DNA from: Octopus sinensis
Taxonomy: Eukaryota
Direction of reading: 5' to 3'
Length of the DNA stretch: 64,000 nt
Assembly: GCF_006345805.1 (NCBI RefSeq)
Contig: NC_043009.1
Location: 2,480,001-2,544,000 of the forward strand
Part shown: one piece after another, positions 13,496 to 25,599 of the stretch
Position numbering within the stretch: the stretch's first letter is position 1
Layout of the letters: each line of letters begins with the position of its first letter
Made by a program: the position numbers and the translations under genes
The notes under the pieces: generated by a model
Seen by the model: only the letters and a program-made list of their open reading frames with translations
Database searches by the model: none
What the model was told of the DNA's origin: nothing

Positions 13496-13697
13496 TGCAA
13501 GGAAGTTTGGGTATATAATTTTGTTGTTCGTTTACATTTGTGCGTATGTAAATCTTCTTATACATACATATATGTATGTGTGTATTTGCATATGAGTGCG
13601 TATGCATGTGTGTCTGCCTATTAATACATACATGTATGTACATGTATATGACATCCGATAATATATATACATATGAACATCCGATATATACATATAC

Positions 13698-13758
<61 letters not shown>

Positions 13759-13925
13759 CTTCCACAGACAGATGTATATAGATACGTACGAAGTTTTTTA
13801 TGCACACACAGAAATGCTTGCACACACGCATAATGGCATGTATATGTATACATATATTTATTTGCAAATATATATATATATTCGCACATATATTTATATT
13901 TACAAACACATACACGCACTCACAA

Positions 13926-13998
<73 letters not shown>

Positions 13999-14371
13999 GT
14001 ATGCATGTGCTTGCGCGTCTGTGTGCATTTGTAGTAATGCATAGAAGAGAAACCTCAATGAAGAAACGTAGAGAATGTGGAAATTGTTATGTGACGTAAG
14101 TGGAAAAAACTGTAGTGTCATTAATTAATGTAGGAAATGAAACGATTGAACAGACTCCGCCTAGCACCAGCCTCATGTTGCTCATAAACCTAATTGCGAA
14201 AATGTCTACAATAGTATCAAGCACTGCATCATTTATTGTTGCATCCGTTGAATATGGTTTTCTCTTCTCTCTCTTTTGTTTTTGTTTTATCACTTTATCC
14301 TGTTACTTTTTGGGTGTTTTCACAGTCATTCAGGTCACGTGTAAAAGATTGTGAACGCAGAACATATTGTT

Positions 14372-14600
14372 GCTCTTTTCCCCTTTTTTTATTTTCTTCA
14401 GTCATTTGACTGAGGCCATGCTGTAGCACCGCCGTTAATCGAGCAAATCAAACTCCAGGACTTATTCTTTGTCAGCCTTGTACTTATTCTATCGGGTCTC
14501 TTTTGCCAAACCACTAAGTTACGGGGACGTAAACACACCAGCAGCGCTTGTCAGGCGATGGTGGGGGACAAACACAAAGACATACTTGTATATATATATA

Positions 14601-14635
<35 letters not shown>

Positions 14636-14777
14636 CGATGGGCTTCTTTGAGGTTCCGCCTACAAAATCCACTCACAAGGCTATAGTTTTCCCGAAGATA
14701 TAGTAGAAGACATTGCCCAAGGTTTTATGCAATGGGACTGAACCCGGAGCCATATAGTTGGTAAGCAAGCTACTCCA
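14372..14777 (-). mobile_element. tRNA-derived SINE family A
   Basis: Reverse-complement match to 12139-12538 and 43172-43616, including the internal (TA)n. Confidence 0.85.
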
Positions 14778-15254
14778 CTTAAACTTCAGGTTGCTCTGGT
14801 CAAATGTCCCAGAATATGTCCCAGAATTAAGAGGACTTTCGAATCATCGCGAACCTATTTTTCCACAGATATATATTTGACACATATGAATATTGCTTCT
14901 CTTAATGACCAGTCGTGGTTGGGTGTGGTTTTCGGTTCTGTCCCACCATGCGTCAACTTGATCAAAGTATCCTCCTATAGCCTCGGGTCTTCCAATGCTC
15001 TCTGAGCGAAATTAGTGGACGGAAACTGTCCATATATATTTATATGGATGTGTGTGTGTATGTGTGTGTGTTTGTGTAATCTTGCTGATAACAGAATGAT
15101 AGAAGCGGAGAAATAGCTAGAGAAACAAATAAATTGCCTCAATCTATTTGTTTCAAATTTTGGCAAAAGTTGTAAATCGATTACCTCCAAACAGAATATC
15201 CCACTCCAAAATAAAAGTATTTTGAATTTTAGAAAAAATATGAACTGAGAGACA

Positions 15255-15560
15255 GCAATTCTGATTACCCCACCCTCAGCGTTGACCATGGCTTCGGAAC
15301 CTTGGCGTTTGCGATTATTCTCATCGTTTCCTTGGAAAGATCTTCGAACGTCTCTTAACCTCCTGCTTGGCAATGGTTTTGCAGAAGAGTTTTTGATGTG
15401 TTTATTTACTCCGCTACAGACACAATATTCCATGGGAATAAAATCTAAAGTATTCTGAGGCCAATTTCGCCAACAACAACATCGGACTATTTCAGAAAGT
15501 GTGGTATGGAATCGAATCCTACTGCATCGCATATAGCCTTTTTAGCAGCGGCCATCATCG
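15255..15560 (-). mobile_element. Degenerate Tc1/mariner-superfamily (maT-like) transposase C-terminal fragment
   Basis: WPQNTLDFIPMEYCVCSGV...AMVNAEGGVI resembles the WPPxSPDLNPxDYxVW...LEAVVxAxGGxIE C-terminus. Confidence 0.6.
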
Positions 15561-16889
15561 GCCAGAGTTTGGCCAGTCTCCAGCAGCTTCATATAGTTCT
15601 TTAAATTGAGCTTAAATCCCTGTTCAACGTTTTGTGAATGAAGGTCAGCGTGAGAACGTAGCTTGAATGCCAGCTGTATAACTTCCTTGCAATCGCTGGG
15701 TCACGTTTTAAAGTGTTGGCCTATCTGCGTCAGCGATGAAATAAGTGTGAGACTTAAAGCGATTAACTACAGAGGCCTATTTGCTCGCCTAAACACTTCA
15801 AGTCGGTGTTCGAGTATGGGCGCTGAAACAAATAAAACAAGAAAGATGAAACAAATAAAATAAGAGATACCAGATTAAATTTAGTAAATTATAGTTGTGT
15901 CTATATAGTGTTCTTCACAATATACAACCAAAATATTCAGCTAAACCATTTTCGAATACTGGTAAAGCGGCATTAACTAGCTTGGCTATCAATTACACTT
16001 GGCATATTTAAGAAGCATAGAAAACAATTGGACAAATGATAAAATAAGGTATTGCAGTCGTGATACAAGCAAACAATAATCCATAGGGAAACCCGCTACT
16101 GGAGTATTTTCCAGCATATGATGACATAGAAATCTACTTCAAACCACATCCGGCATTGAGGAAAAACAGACACAAAGAACAATGTAGTCCCGGAGAAACA
16201 AATCAAAACAGAAGCACCTCCTGAATATCTTTTGTCTTAGAGCAGAGCTAAATGGTATTGAAGAAGGGAACACATATTATCTTGTTAACTACCAACCAAT
16301 CAACTTGACACGATGTCAGTCTTGGACAGTGTCCGATTATGTAATTCAGGTATTACCGAAGAGTAAGATTTGTAGTTGCTGTATATATTTTATATTAAGA
16401 ATTCCGATGTGAAAGAACATGAAATAAATTTTCATGGAGACGTCCAAGTAAGTTTTCCATTGCATAATAAGACACTAAACTAGCAACTGAACAACAGCAG
16501 AAAATGTGAACACGAGATAATGTAAAGACAATCAGATGATAAGAAAGCAGGCTGATGAATTTTATAGTTGCAACAGTGCCAGGATATTACATAAGTGGAA
16601 TTCACATGTGAAAGATTGATAGATGACTGTGTTATATCACATCAATATCTCCCAGATATTTTCAGTAACGACTAAATACAAATTCGTACGTAGCATCAAA
16701 AAGGTGGTAGTAACGATAAGCAGAGGAAAGAAGAAACGACGATAAGCAGTATTAAATAAATATAGACAAAATGTGACACAGATGCGACCTTTGATTAATT
16801 CTATTACAAGTAGAGGATGCACCAGGCACAGGTACATTCATTAAATTCATAAGTATATATTCATTTATACGTTCGTGCATAATGGTTAT

Positions 16890-17180
16890 GTGGAGGCACA
16901 TGGCTCTAGTGGTTAGAGCAACGGACTCGCGGACGAGGGATCGCGGGTTCGAATCTCAGAACGGACTATGTGTGTGTTTATGAGCGAAACACCTAAGCTC
17001 CACGCGGCTCCGGCAGAAGGTAATTCTGCTGACGTTTTCACCACAACTTTGTCTCACTCTTTCCTCCTGCATCTTGCAGCTCTCCTGTGATGGACCGGCG
17101 TCCCGTTCAGGTGGGGAACCTATACGCCAAGGTGACCGGGAAACCGGCCCTTATGAGTCAGGCATGGCTTCGGAACAAGC
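16890..17180 (+). mobile_element. tRNA-derived SINE family C
   Basis: A box tggctctagtgg, B box ggttcgaatct, and gagcgaaacacctaagctccacg body shared with 24420. Confidence 0.85.
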
Positions 17181-17349
17181 ATAATCACAATACGTTTGGC
17201 ACAAATATGTTCATAAGCACCATAATATACATTCACATAACACAAATTCATATATATACACTGCGGATATACATGCGAGTTCGTATCAAAAGGTTCTAGG
17301 ACTAGTTATGTTTAATAAAAGATAATTTATTTACCTATGTTTTAACATC

Positions 17350-17790
17350 ATCTACTTCGAAATAGTTACCTTGCACAGCAATACATCGGTCCGAGAGTCC
17401 CTGCCAATTTTGGTATCCGACCTGGAAATCATTTTCCGTAAGCGAGTCAGTGTCGTTCTGTTATTCGCTGTAGGTCTCAACAACGGCGTTAAAACGGTGA
17501 CCTTCGAGCTGAATTTGAGGTATCAAATCTGGCGAATATAGCGGGTGAGGAAGAGATAGCATGTTGTTTGACGAGAAACTCACGAGAGAGAACAGGTCGC
17601 TGAAGAATCCAATTCTTCGCACTCCACAGATCAGGTCACTTTCGCCGAATGACTTCTCTCGAACGCTCCAAACGTCGCAATTGAACTCTCGATTGACGGC
17701 CCAGGCGGACGAATTCTTGATGAACACTACCACATTTCCTGGGGTGACGCTGGTGCCAGATCTTCAAGATTGCTCATCATATTCCAGGGA
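17350..17790 (-). mobile_element. mariner transposase C-terminal fragment
   Basis: LPHPLYSPDL...LEGHRF; DNA similar to 41110-41500. Confidence 0.8.
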
Positions 17791-17869
17791 TAGTTCTATA
17801 TTTAAGAGATGAGGAATTAAGTACATTATTTACATTCGACGGATATTTGGCCTCATCTTGTATGTTGTT

Positions 17870-17915
17870 AACACAACGTTCCGGCTGGTATACCATGCAG
17901 CCATCTTCGGGTGTC
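17870..17915 (-). ncRNA. Decayed minimal hammerhead within a repeat (about 17792-17960) also present, truncated, at about 52155-52262
   Basis: Stem I GACAC/GUGUU; core CCGAAGA (U4C); stem II GGCUG/CAGCC; GGAA (A13G); palindrome ACGU; GUU. The shared prefix agttctatatttaagagatgaggaatt recurs at about 52155. Confidence 0.5.
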
Positions 17916-17962
17916 TTGGGGAAATTTCGAACCTGGTTTCTGATGCCTAAGGTATTCTTCGA

Positions 17963-17996
<34 letters not shown>

Positions 17997-18383
17997 ATTA
18001 TTATTGTTCAGGTCACTGCTTGCAATCGAACCCGGAATCTTGGGGTTGGTAGCCCGCGATCCTAACCACTACGCCATATGCTGAACTTATACACACACAC
18101 ACATACACACATGTATATATTAATTTCTATATTTTTGTTTCCTTTCATTTGTTTTGTCGCTTACGTTCTGGTGTTTGCTAAATTTTCTTGAGACCATTCC
18201 TTTCTGAGTGGTAAGACCATGGCCGATCTACTTCTAGCATAAGGGTTGTCCACGTAGTGGTCTTTCCTCTTATATTTATGTATTATATATATATTTATAT
18301 ATTAAATCTTAGGGATTTGTTATAATATATATATACATATATACCCACACATATATATATATACATATATACATATATATGTA

Positions 18384-18439
<56 letters not shown>

Positions 18440-19056
18440 CTTATGCATATGGATGTATATATATATATATATATATAATATATATATATATAATATATAT
18501 ATATATATATAATATATATATATATAAATATACATACTTACACACATACACACAGATCCTCACACACAAACGCACTCACAAACACTTGCATATATGCGGA
18601 TAGTTAAATATAGCGTTACGAAATTACGTATCATAGCACATATTTTCTTTACGCGCGTATGAGCGTGCGTTCTCATTCTTTACCACTTGAAACGAAAAGA
18701 GAAAGGAAAAAATTCTAACACATGAGGAAATGCTGAAAGCCTGAAAATATTTCTTCTGAGAAATGTCACAGGAGGTATTTAAAATGTGACAGAGTATCAC
18801 TTTAATTTAAGGGTTTTTTTTTTGTCTTCGCAATAAATAACGTACCAACAGTTTAATGTCTGTAGGTTGTCATTAAATAACAAAAATAAGTAAGATGAAA
18901 TAAATAGAATAAATAAAATACGTCGGTATTTGCATTTCTAGTTTTATTTGAAATAAATTTTCTACCTTAAAAGAGAAAAGATGAAAAAACAAATAATAAC
19001 TTGAAGTGAATTCCCTCATCAAAGTGGTATTTGAAGTGACGTGTGTATCATATATA

Positions 19057-19135
<79 letters not shown>

Positions 19136-19264
19136 GAATGTATATATATATAATATATATATATATATGTATATATACATGTGTGTGTGTGTATACATAT
19201 ATGTACACATATATATATAAATATGGGTTTGAATTTGTTTATATATATATATTTGCATATATGC

Positions 19265-19309
<45 letters not shown>

Positions 19310-19381
19310 AATGCATATATACAAAAATGTATATAAAAAATTCGGCTATGAATTTGTTTATATATATTTTTGTGTCTATGC

Positions 19382-19430
<49 letters not shown>

Positions 19431-19890
19431 CTTATATTTATACATATATATATATTTATATATATTCGTATATATATATATAAATTTACATACACCCGCA
19501 CACATATGTATATTCATGTTTTATGTATTTATACTGCCTATTGTTTTGTTGTCCTCACCAGTTTTATTTTGAGTATAATACAACATATCTAAGAAATGTG
19601 TTACCCTCCATTCTCAATAGTTGTAGTATTTATCAACCTGCAACTTGTTTCACTTGATATTCATTCAAACCCATTTTGTCCTGACTTTTACTCTTCCTAC
19701 TCCTTTCCAATCCTTCATCACTCAAAGAATCCCACACCTCATCATTGTGTCAGCAGTGAAATCCTTTTCTATTAATTAATCGAAATATTTCAATGGGCTT
19801 CTATTTCTTCTGCATGTCAATAATGACTTGACTTCGGCGTCATTACAGCTTTTCTAGTAACGATGTTTACTCATTTCTTTTCTATTGCCC

Positions 19891-19922
<32 letters not shown>

Positions 19923-20055
19923 ATAAGGGTAGAAATTGATATTAGTCCATTAAAACCAGTCACCAAACATGAAAACACAAAGAGAAAACAACAACGTGAG
20001 TACGTGGAACAAATATAGTATTATTGGATGATCAGGAAGGAAGGAAAGAAGGAGG

Positions 20056-20090
20056 GTTCAACGTTCCGAGCGGAGCTCTTCGTCAGAAAC
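20056..20090 (-). ncRNA. Minimal hammerhead with one core substitution, in a purine-rich PLE-type repeat (about 19920-20165)
   Basis: GUUU-CUGACGA-A-GAGC-UCC-GCUC-GGAA-CGU-U-GAAC; GAAA is replaced by GGAA. Confidence 0.55.
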
Positions 20091-20318
20091 ATAGGAAAAG
20101 GAAATATCCAAAGAAGGGAAGACGGAGGGAAAAAAATCGCCAACGGTACACACGCGGTCACGTGTATTTATTTATTTATTTAAATAATGAGGGTAATTAA
20201 TTGAATATTAATATAATATCAATTTAAAACCAGTAGTCTAGCATATAGAAAAATCTGAAAATTCAGAAACATTGTAATACATACGCGTAACAATGCGTGT
20301 AATACATGTCTATTATAC

Positions 20319-20358
<40 letters not shown>

Positions 20359-20637
20359 ACAATTGAGGGTAAAATTAATTAATTAATCGATTTCACCAAG
20401 TGTTCAGTATGTAAAAGGACCATTTAAGGCGAATTCAAAATATTACATTATATAATTAGGGCTTAATAAAATAAATTACTTTGCCACATACTGAACTTAG
20501 TAGAAATAGCAGCCAAAAAACATTTTTTCTTAGCATTTCTACTACTTAAAGAAAATTTCTCTCAGATAATGTTTACCCCAGACAGGTCACGAAGGTTTGG
20601 AGGTAAATACAGAAAAATATCACAAGTACATAGATCG

Positions 20638-20700
20638 TTTGAGTACGTCAACGTTTCAAGATTAGCCAAATAAAATCAGCATTTCTTTCGTCAGCTCAAA
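20638..20700 (-). ncRNA. Type I hammerhead ribozyme, 567-bp array copy 1
   Basis: Reverse complement of 21448-21510 except the stem III loop (ACGUUGACGU); cleavage opposite T20644. Confidence 0.8.
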
Positions 20701-21205
20701 CTTTCTTAATTTGGATTTGGAAATACTAAAAAGAAGGAACTTTACCTATCATCGAACTTGTCGCTTCAGATGAACCACTCCAACTAAACAGTGTCAACAA
20801 ATTCAAAATGCGCAGGCGTAAAATTCTGCACTCCCCATTCCACCAACGTGGTCTATCTAGCAAACATTATATTTTAACCGCGAGAACCGAGGCATTATGA
20901 CCGAGAGAAATGAATTATAATATCAACAATTGAGGGTAAAATTAATTAATTAATCAATTTCACCAAGTGTTCAGTATGTAAAAGGACCATTTAAGGCGAA
21001 TTCAAAATATTACATTATATAATTAGGGCTTAGTAAAATAAATTACTTTGCCACATACTGAACTTAGTAGAAATAGCAGCCAAAAAACATTTTTTCTTAG
21101 CATCTCTACTACTTAAAGAAAATTTCTCTCAGATAATGTTTACCCCAGACAGCTCACGAAGGTTTGGGGGGTAAATACAGAAAAATATCACAAGTACATA
21201 GATCG

Positions 21206-21268
21206 TTTGAGTACGTCAACGTTTCAAGATTAGCCAAATAAAATCAGCATTTCTTTCGTCAGCTCAAA
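21206..21268 (-). ncRNA. Type I hammerhead ribozyme, 567-bp array copy 2
   Basis: Same as copy 1; cleavage opposite T21212, 568 nt from copy 1. Confidence 0.8.
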
Positions 21269-21447
21269 ATTTCTTAATTTGGATTTGGGAACACTAAAAA
21301 GAAGGAACTTTACCTATCATCGAACTTGTCGCCTGCGCATTTTGAATTTGTTGACACTGTTTAGTTGGAGTGGTTCATCTGAAGCGACAAGTTCGATGAT
21401 AGGTAAAGTTCCTTCTTTTTAGTGTTTCCAAATCCAAATTAAGAAAT

Positions 21448-21510
21448 TTTGAGCTGACGAAAGAAATGCTGATTTTATTTGGCTAATCTTGAAACGTCGA
21501 CGTACTCAAA
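21448..21510 (+). ncRNA. Type I hammerhead ribozyme, 567-bp array copy 3
   Basis: Stem I UUUGAG/CUCAAA; CUGACGA 21454-60; stem II AAGA/UCUU + 3x3 internal loop + GCUGA/UUGGC; GAAA 21491-94; perfect palindrome ACGUCGACGU; GUA, cleavage after A21504. Confidence 0.85.
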
Positions 21511-22013
21511 CGATCTATGTACTTGTGATATTTTTCTGTATTTACCCCCAAACCTTCGTGAGCTGTCTGGGGTAAACATTATCTGAGAGAAATTTTCTTT
21601 AAGTAGTAGAAATGCTAAGAAAAAATGTTTTTTGGCTGCTATTTCTACTAAGTTCAGTATGTAGCAAAGTAATTTATTTTACTAAGCCCTAATTATATAA
21701 TGTAATATTTTGAATTCGCCTTAAATGGTCCTTTTACATACTGAACACTTGGTGAAATTGATTAATTAATTAATTTTACCCTCAATTGTTGATATTATAA
21801 TTCATTTCTCTCGGTCATAATGCCTCGGTTCTCGCGGTTAAAATATAATGTTTGCTAGATAGACCACGTGGATGGAATGGGGAGTGCCGAATTTTACGCC
21901 TGCGCATTTTGAATTTGTTGACACTGTTTAGTTGGAGTGGTTCATCTGAAGCGACAAGTTCGATGATAGGTAAAGTTCCTTTTTTTAGTGTTTCCAAATC
22001 CAAATTAAGAAAT

Positions 22014-22079
22014 TTTGAGCTGACGACGAAAGAAATGCTGATTTTATTTGGCTAATCTTGAAACGTCGACGTACTCAAA
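22014..22079 (+). ncRNA. Type I hammerhead ribozyme, 567-bp array copy 4 (3-nt CGA duplication after the core)
   Basis: ctgacgacgaaagaaatg...gaaacgtcgacgtactcaaa; cleavage after A22073. Confidence 0.7.
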
Positions 22080-22259
22080 CGATCTATGTACTTGTGATAT
22101 TTTTCTGTATTTACCCCCAAACCTTCGTGAGCTGTCTGGGGTAAACATTATCTGAGAGAAATTTTCTTTAAGTAGTAAAATGCTAAGAAAAAATGTTTTT
22201 TGGCTGCTATTTACTAAGTTCAGTATGTGGCAAAGTAATTTATTTTACTAAGCCCTAAT

Positions 22260-22300
<41 letters not shown>

Positions 22301-22868
22301 TATCAAATTACATGAATCCTTATTTGCGTTTAACGGATCACGAGAGTAGTCGATGAATTTTTAAGAATAACGTAACTTGAGTGTTACGTATATGATATTA
22401 TGCAATGGCTTACCGGAAAAGCGATCAGCACAAGGGATGATATACATATTGACATATTTTTTTGTACCTGGAGAGAAGCATTTGCATATGACGCTGAGGT
22501 GTTTATCCAGGTGTTGATCTATCATGCTTACATACCCCCTACACTCATGTGTATTAATATGTAGCATTCATATGCTTAATTCTTTACATCCAGTTTCATG
22601 TAAGTTTAATAAGTTATGAGAGTACAAGATATATATTTTATGAATAACATATATTTAGAGCAAAATACATAATATTTACAACGAGAAACTAAACAAAATA
22701 AACGATGTAGCGAATAAAGGTGTGTTTTTTTTTCTACCTAGACAAAAGCTTGTTTATCACACAAATAGGTTTATACAACTGTTGTCATAACATATGCAAA
22801 CACACACTTCCATAGAGGCCTGCGTGCGTAAACGCACTCACACACGCACGTATGTATATATATATATA

Positions 22869-22908
<40 letters not shown>

Positions 22909-22995
22909 CGTAAATATATGCCTATATATATATATATATATATATACACATACATATATATTGTATATATATATATTATATATATATATTATATA

Positions 22996-23026
<31 letters not shown>

Positions 23027-23407
23027 ATATATGTATGTATTTATGTATGTATTTATGTATATATATATTATATATATATATATATAAGGGTTGCATTTAA
23101 CTATGTTTGTAGTAAGCTTCGCTGAATTGTCTGTTTGTAGTGGAGCACTTTCGACTTTGTAGTCCTCACTCCACAGGGGAATGTATTCTGTTGCTGTTTT
23201 CTGCATGTAGACAGACAGTTTTCTCCTCAGGTCTATGTGACCGAGACATGAGCTGCCATCGAATAATGTCAAATAAAACCCAACTTTGCTACCGTACTTA
23301 CAAATAATCAGAGGCAATTTCAGCATCATATATTATTTGATATTTGATCAAACTGAATTTACTAGATTATCTCATCCTTCATGGACAAGTCTTATTACTA
23401 ACACCAA

Positions 23408-23440
<33 letters not shown>

Positions 23441-23466
23441 CATTAGATAAATGTTATTATTATTAT

Positions 23467-23511
<45 letters not shown>

Positions 23512-23527
23512 CATTACTACTACTATT

Positions 23528-24085
23528 GAGTGAGAGAGCAGTGCATGCCATCAAATTGACACTGGGATAAAATATACGAAGCCCAGTATACCCATCATGA
23601 CTACCCGTCTGGTAAGGGCACACTATGCACATGCATCACAACCATATGTACGCGACATGGTGATCCCATATCAAGATAAACACCACATGACCTTGCAGGT
23701 GGGGCCAAGTTAGAATTTTCTTCTGATCGAGTACCCCATTCCGCTCAAAAGGTCCCTGAATAAGGGATGTTTAAAGATGTTGAACGACACACCCATGTTT
23801 CCAGAGGTGAATTATTCAAACCCCAAACAATCCCTCCAACCATAATATATAGGATGCTCCCCCATTACTTCTGCTCGTGATCAGAGATGCACATATCGTC
23901 AGCCACTAAAGGACATGCTCAACTGGCTAAGGTCAAGCAATTGACAAGCAAATCTGTGGCACTGAGCAAAATATTTGCTGTAGCCCATCTTTTATTCCAA
24001 GGCAAAACAATGTGCATTATAACACTTCCAATCTGTTAAGATTAGAGGCCAAGATAGCCACTGCCTGGTACTTCATCAGGGCATT
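23528..24085 (-). mobile_element. Probable ~560-bp non-autonomous interspersed element inserted in a (TAA)n/(TAG)n tract
   Basis: Sharply bounded, GC-richer block without a long ORF, with trinucleotide tracts on both sides. Family identity is recalled from octopod-type repeats and is not verifiable here. Confidence 0.45.
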
Positions 24086-24087
24086 GC

Positions 24088-24135
<48 letters not shown>

Positions 24136-24144
24136 ATGGCGATG

Positions 24145-24290
24145 GGTTGGCAGAATCGTCATCACGATTCGTCATTCCGTTCGCCTTTAGGTTCTGAGTT
24201 CAAAACTTCGCCGAGGTCGACTTTAACTTCCATCATTTCAGCGTTGAAAAAGAAAGTACCAGTTGTTCAATCCGGTTAATTCAATCGACT
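24145..24290 (+). mobile_element. tRNA-derived SINE family B fragment
   Basis: ttctgagttcaaaacttcgccgaggtcgacttt matches 38464-38689. Confidence 0.75.
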
Positions 24291-24419
24291 TTTCGCTCAT
24301 CACAAAATTATTATCATTTTGCTTTACTTAAAAATTTTAATTGAATTTATTATATCAGTGTTTTCTTCAGCAGATTTATTTTGTTAGGCACTATAATTGA
24401 CTATAATATAAACGTACTT

Positions 24420-24709
24420 GTGGAGGCGCAATGGTCCAGTGGTTAGGGCAGCGGACTCGCGGTTTCGATCCCCAGACAGGGCGTTGTGAGTGTTCATTGA
24501 GCGAAAACACCTAAAGCTCCACGAGGCACCATCAGGTTGTGGTGGTGGTCTCTGCTGTACTCGTTCGCCTCAACTTTCTCTCACTCTTTCTTCTGTGGGC
24601 CTGCTCGCTTAACCAGACAGGTGGCGTCATTTGAAGTCTAAAACAATGCGAAGCGCATTGTAACCAGCGATATGTAGCAACATCTGATAGCCTGGTCGGT
24701 CACGGTGAT
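24420..24709 (+). mobile_element. tRNA-derived SINE family C
   Basis: gtggaggcgcaatggtccagtggttagggcagcggactcgcgg...gagcgaaaacacctaaagctccacg. Confidence 0.85.
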
Positions 24710-25599
24710 CATGGTGATATAAACTTACTTAGAAAACGAATTTTTAATTAAGGCGATAAGTACAATTTATACATTCCAGACAATAAAATTTTGCACTGCA
24801 TTCCTGCTGTTAAATTAGATATATGAAAATCGTGTGTACGTACTACATGGCGTTATTCGTTCCTCATTGACTAATAACAAAATAATTTTAACAAGAACAT
24901 AGACAAAGTTAGCCTTAGCTGCTCGCATCTTCAATAATCAAGTCCTGAATTATGAATCAGAAAAAGGAAGCATGAAATTGCAGGACTTGGAAATACTCTC
25001 AATTTAATGGCAAATTTATTTAAAAAATGAAACAATGCTTAATTCTGCTGAAATATTGTCTAAAATAGTAATATAAAAGAAAGAAATGGTATGTCATGTT
25101 CTGGGAATTAAGCTTGAAGGCAGCCGCGTGACAACCTTTCAGAAAGCAGCAATCTAACGAAATGTTTCTGGTAGATACTAAGGTATTTCTTTTAAAATAA
25201 ATTTATTTGCATTGCGTAATAGCCAAATGTCAGCTATCTTAGATAAAATAGGCCTACATACTACTACTTCTATTACTACTACTAATAATAATTATAATGA
25301 TTATAATAATAATGATAATAATAATGATGATGATAATAATAATAATAATAATAATAATATAATAATAATAATAATAATAATAAGAATAATAATAATAATA
25401 ATAATAATAAGGAAGACACTGGGGACGTTTAAGATGTAAGACGGAAAATACAGAGCTCCGAAATCTATCCACAAACATCGAAAACAAGGACACCCTATGG
25501 AGCCAAAGATTTACTAACAAAGAATTGGACTATATCCGAGTAAGTAATACTAATTGAAATTTATTACTATTTTCGAAACGAAATGATGTATTTTGACTC

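Larger units (their letters stand above)
20354..22267. repeat. Fold-back array of a 567-bp hammerhead-containing unit: two tandem copies, then two inverted tandem copies, flanked by (TA)n on both sides
   Basis: tatcaacaattgaggg at 20354 and 20921. Inversion junction at 21330-32. Reverse copies at 21330-21794 and 21795-22267. Confidence 0.95.

Noticed and set aside
16200-16340. VLKKGTHIILL resembling the Pif1/Helitron helicase LKxGxxIxLLRN motif
   Set aside because: The adjacent GLCNGTR motif is absent and the frame is full of stops.
16890-16970. tRNA-like A/B boxes here and at 24420, 57545 and 18010-18078
   Set aside because: No complete cloverleaf or acceptor stem, and they continue into SINE bodies, so they are SINE heads rather than tRNA genes.
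21815-22055. 62-aa and 67-aa ORFs in the 567-bp unit
   Set aside because: Short, overlapping on opposite strands, not conserved as open frames in all copies, and no recognisable motif.
23231-23310. Strong acceptor ttttctcctcag followed by LCDRDMSCHRIMSNKTQLCYRTY
   Set aside because: No donor before the stop codon and no supporting homology. Other isolated splice-like signals (about 3453, 32248-32310, 53381, 53829-53869, 58023) were rejected for the same reason.
24040-24090. CUGAUGA at the minus-strand 5' end of the 23528-24085 element, as a possible HHR or HDV-like ribozyme
   Set aside because: No GAAA/stem III partner, and no HDV pseudoknot could be assembled by eye.
25437-25538. Exon-like frame CKTENTELRNLSTNIENKDTLWSQRFTNKELDYIR ending at GTAAGT
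   Set aside because: Weak acceptor, no recognisable domain, and it may be the 5' UTR of the adjacent LINE.
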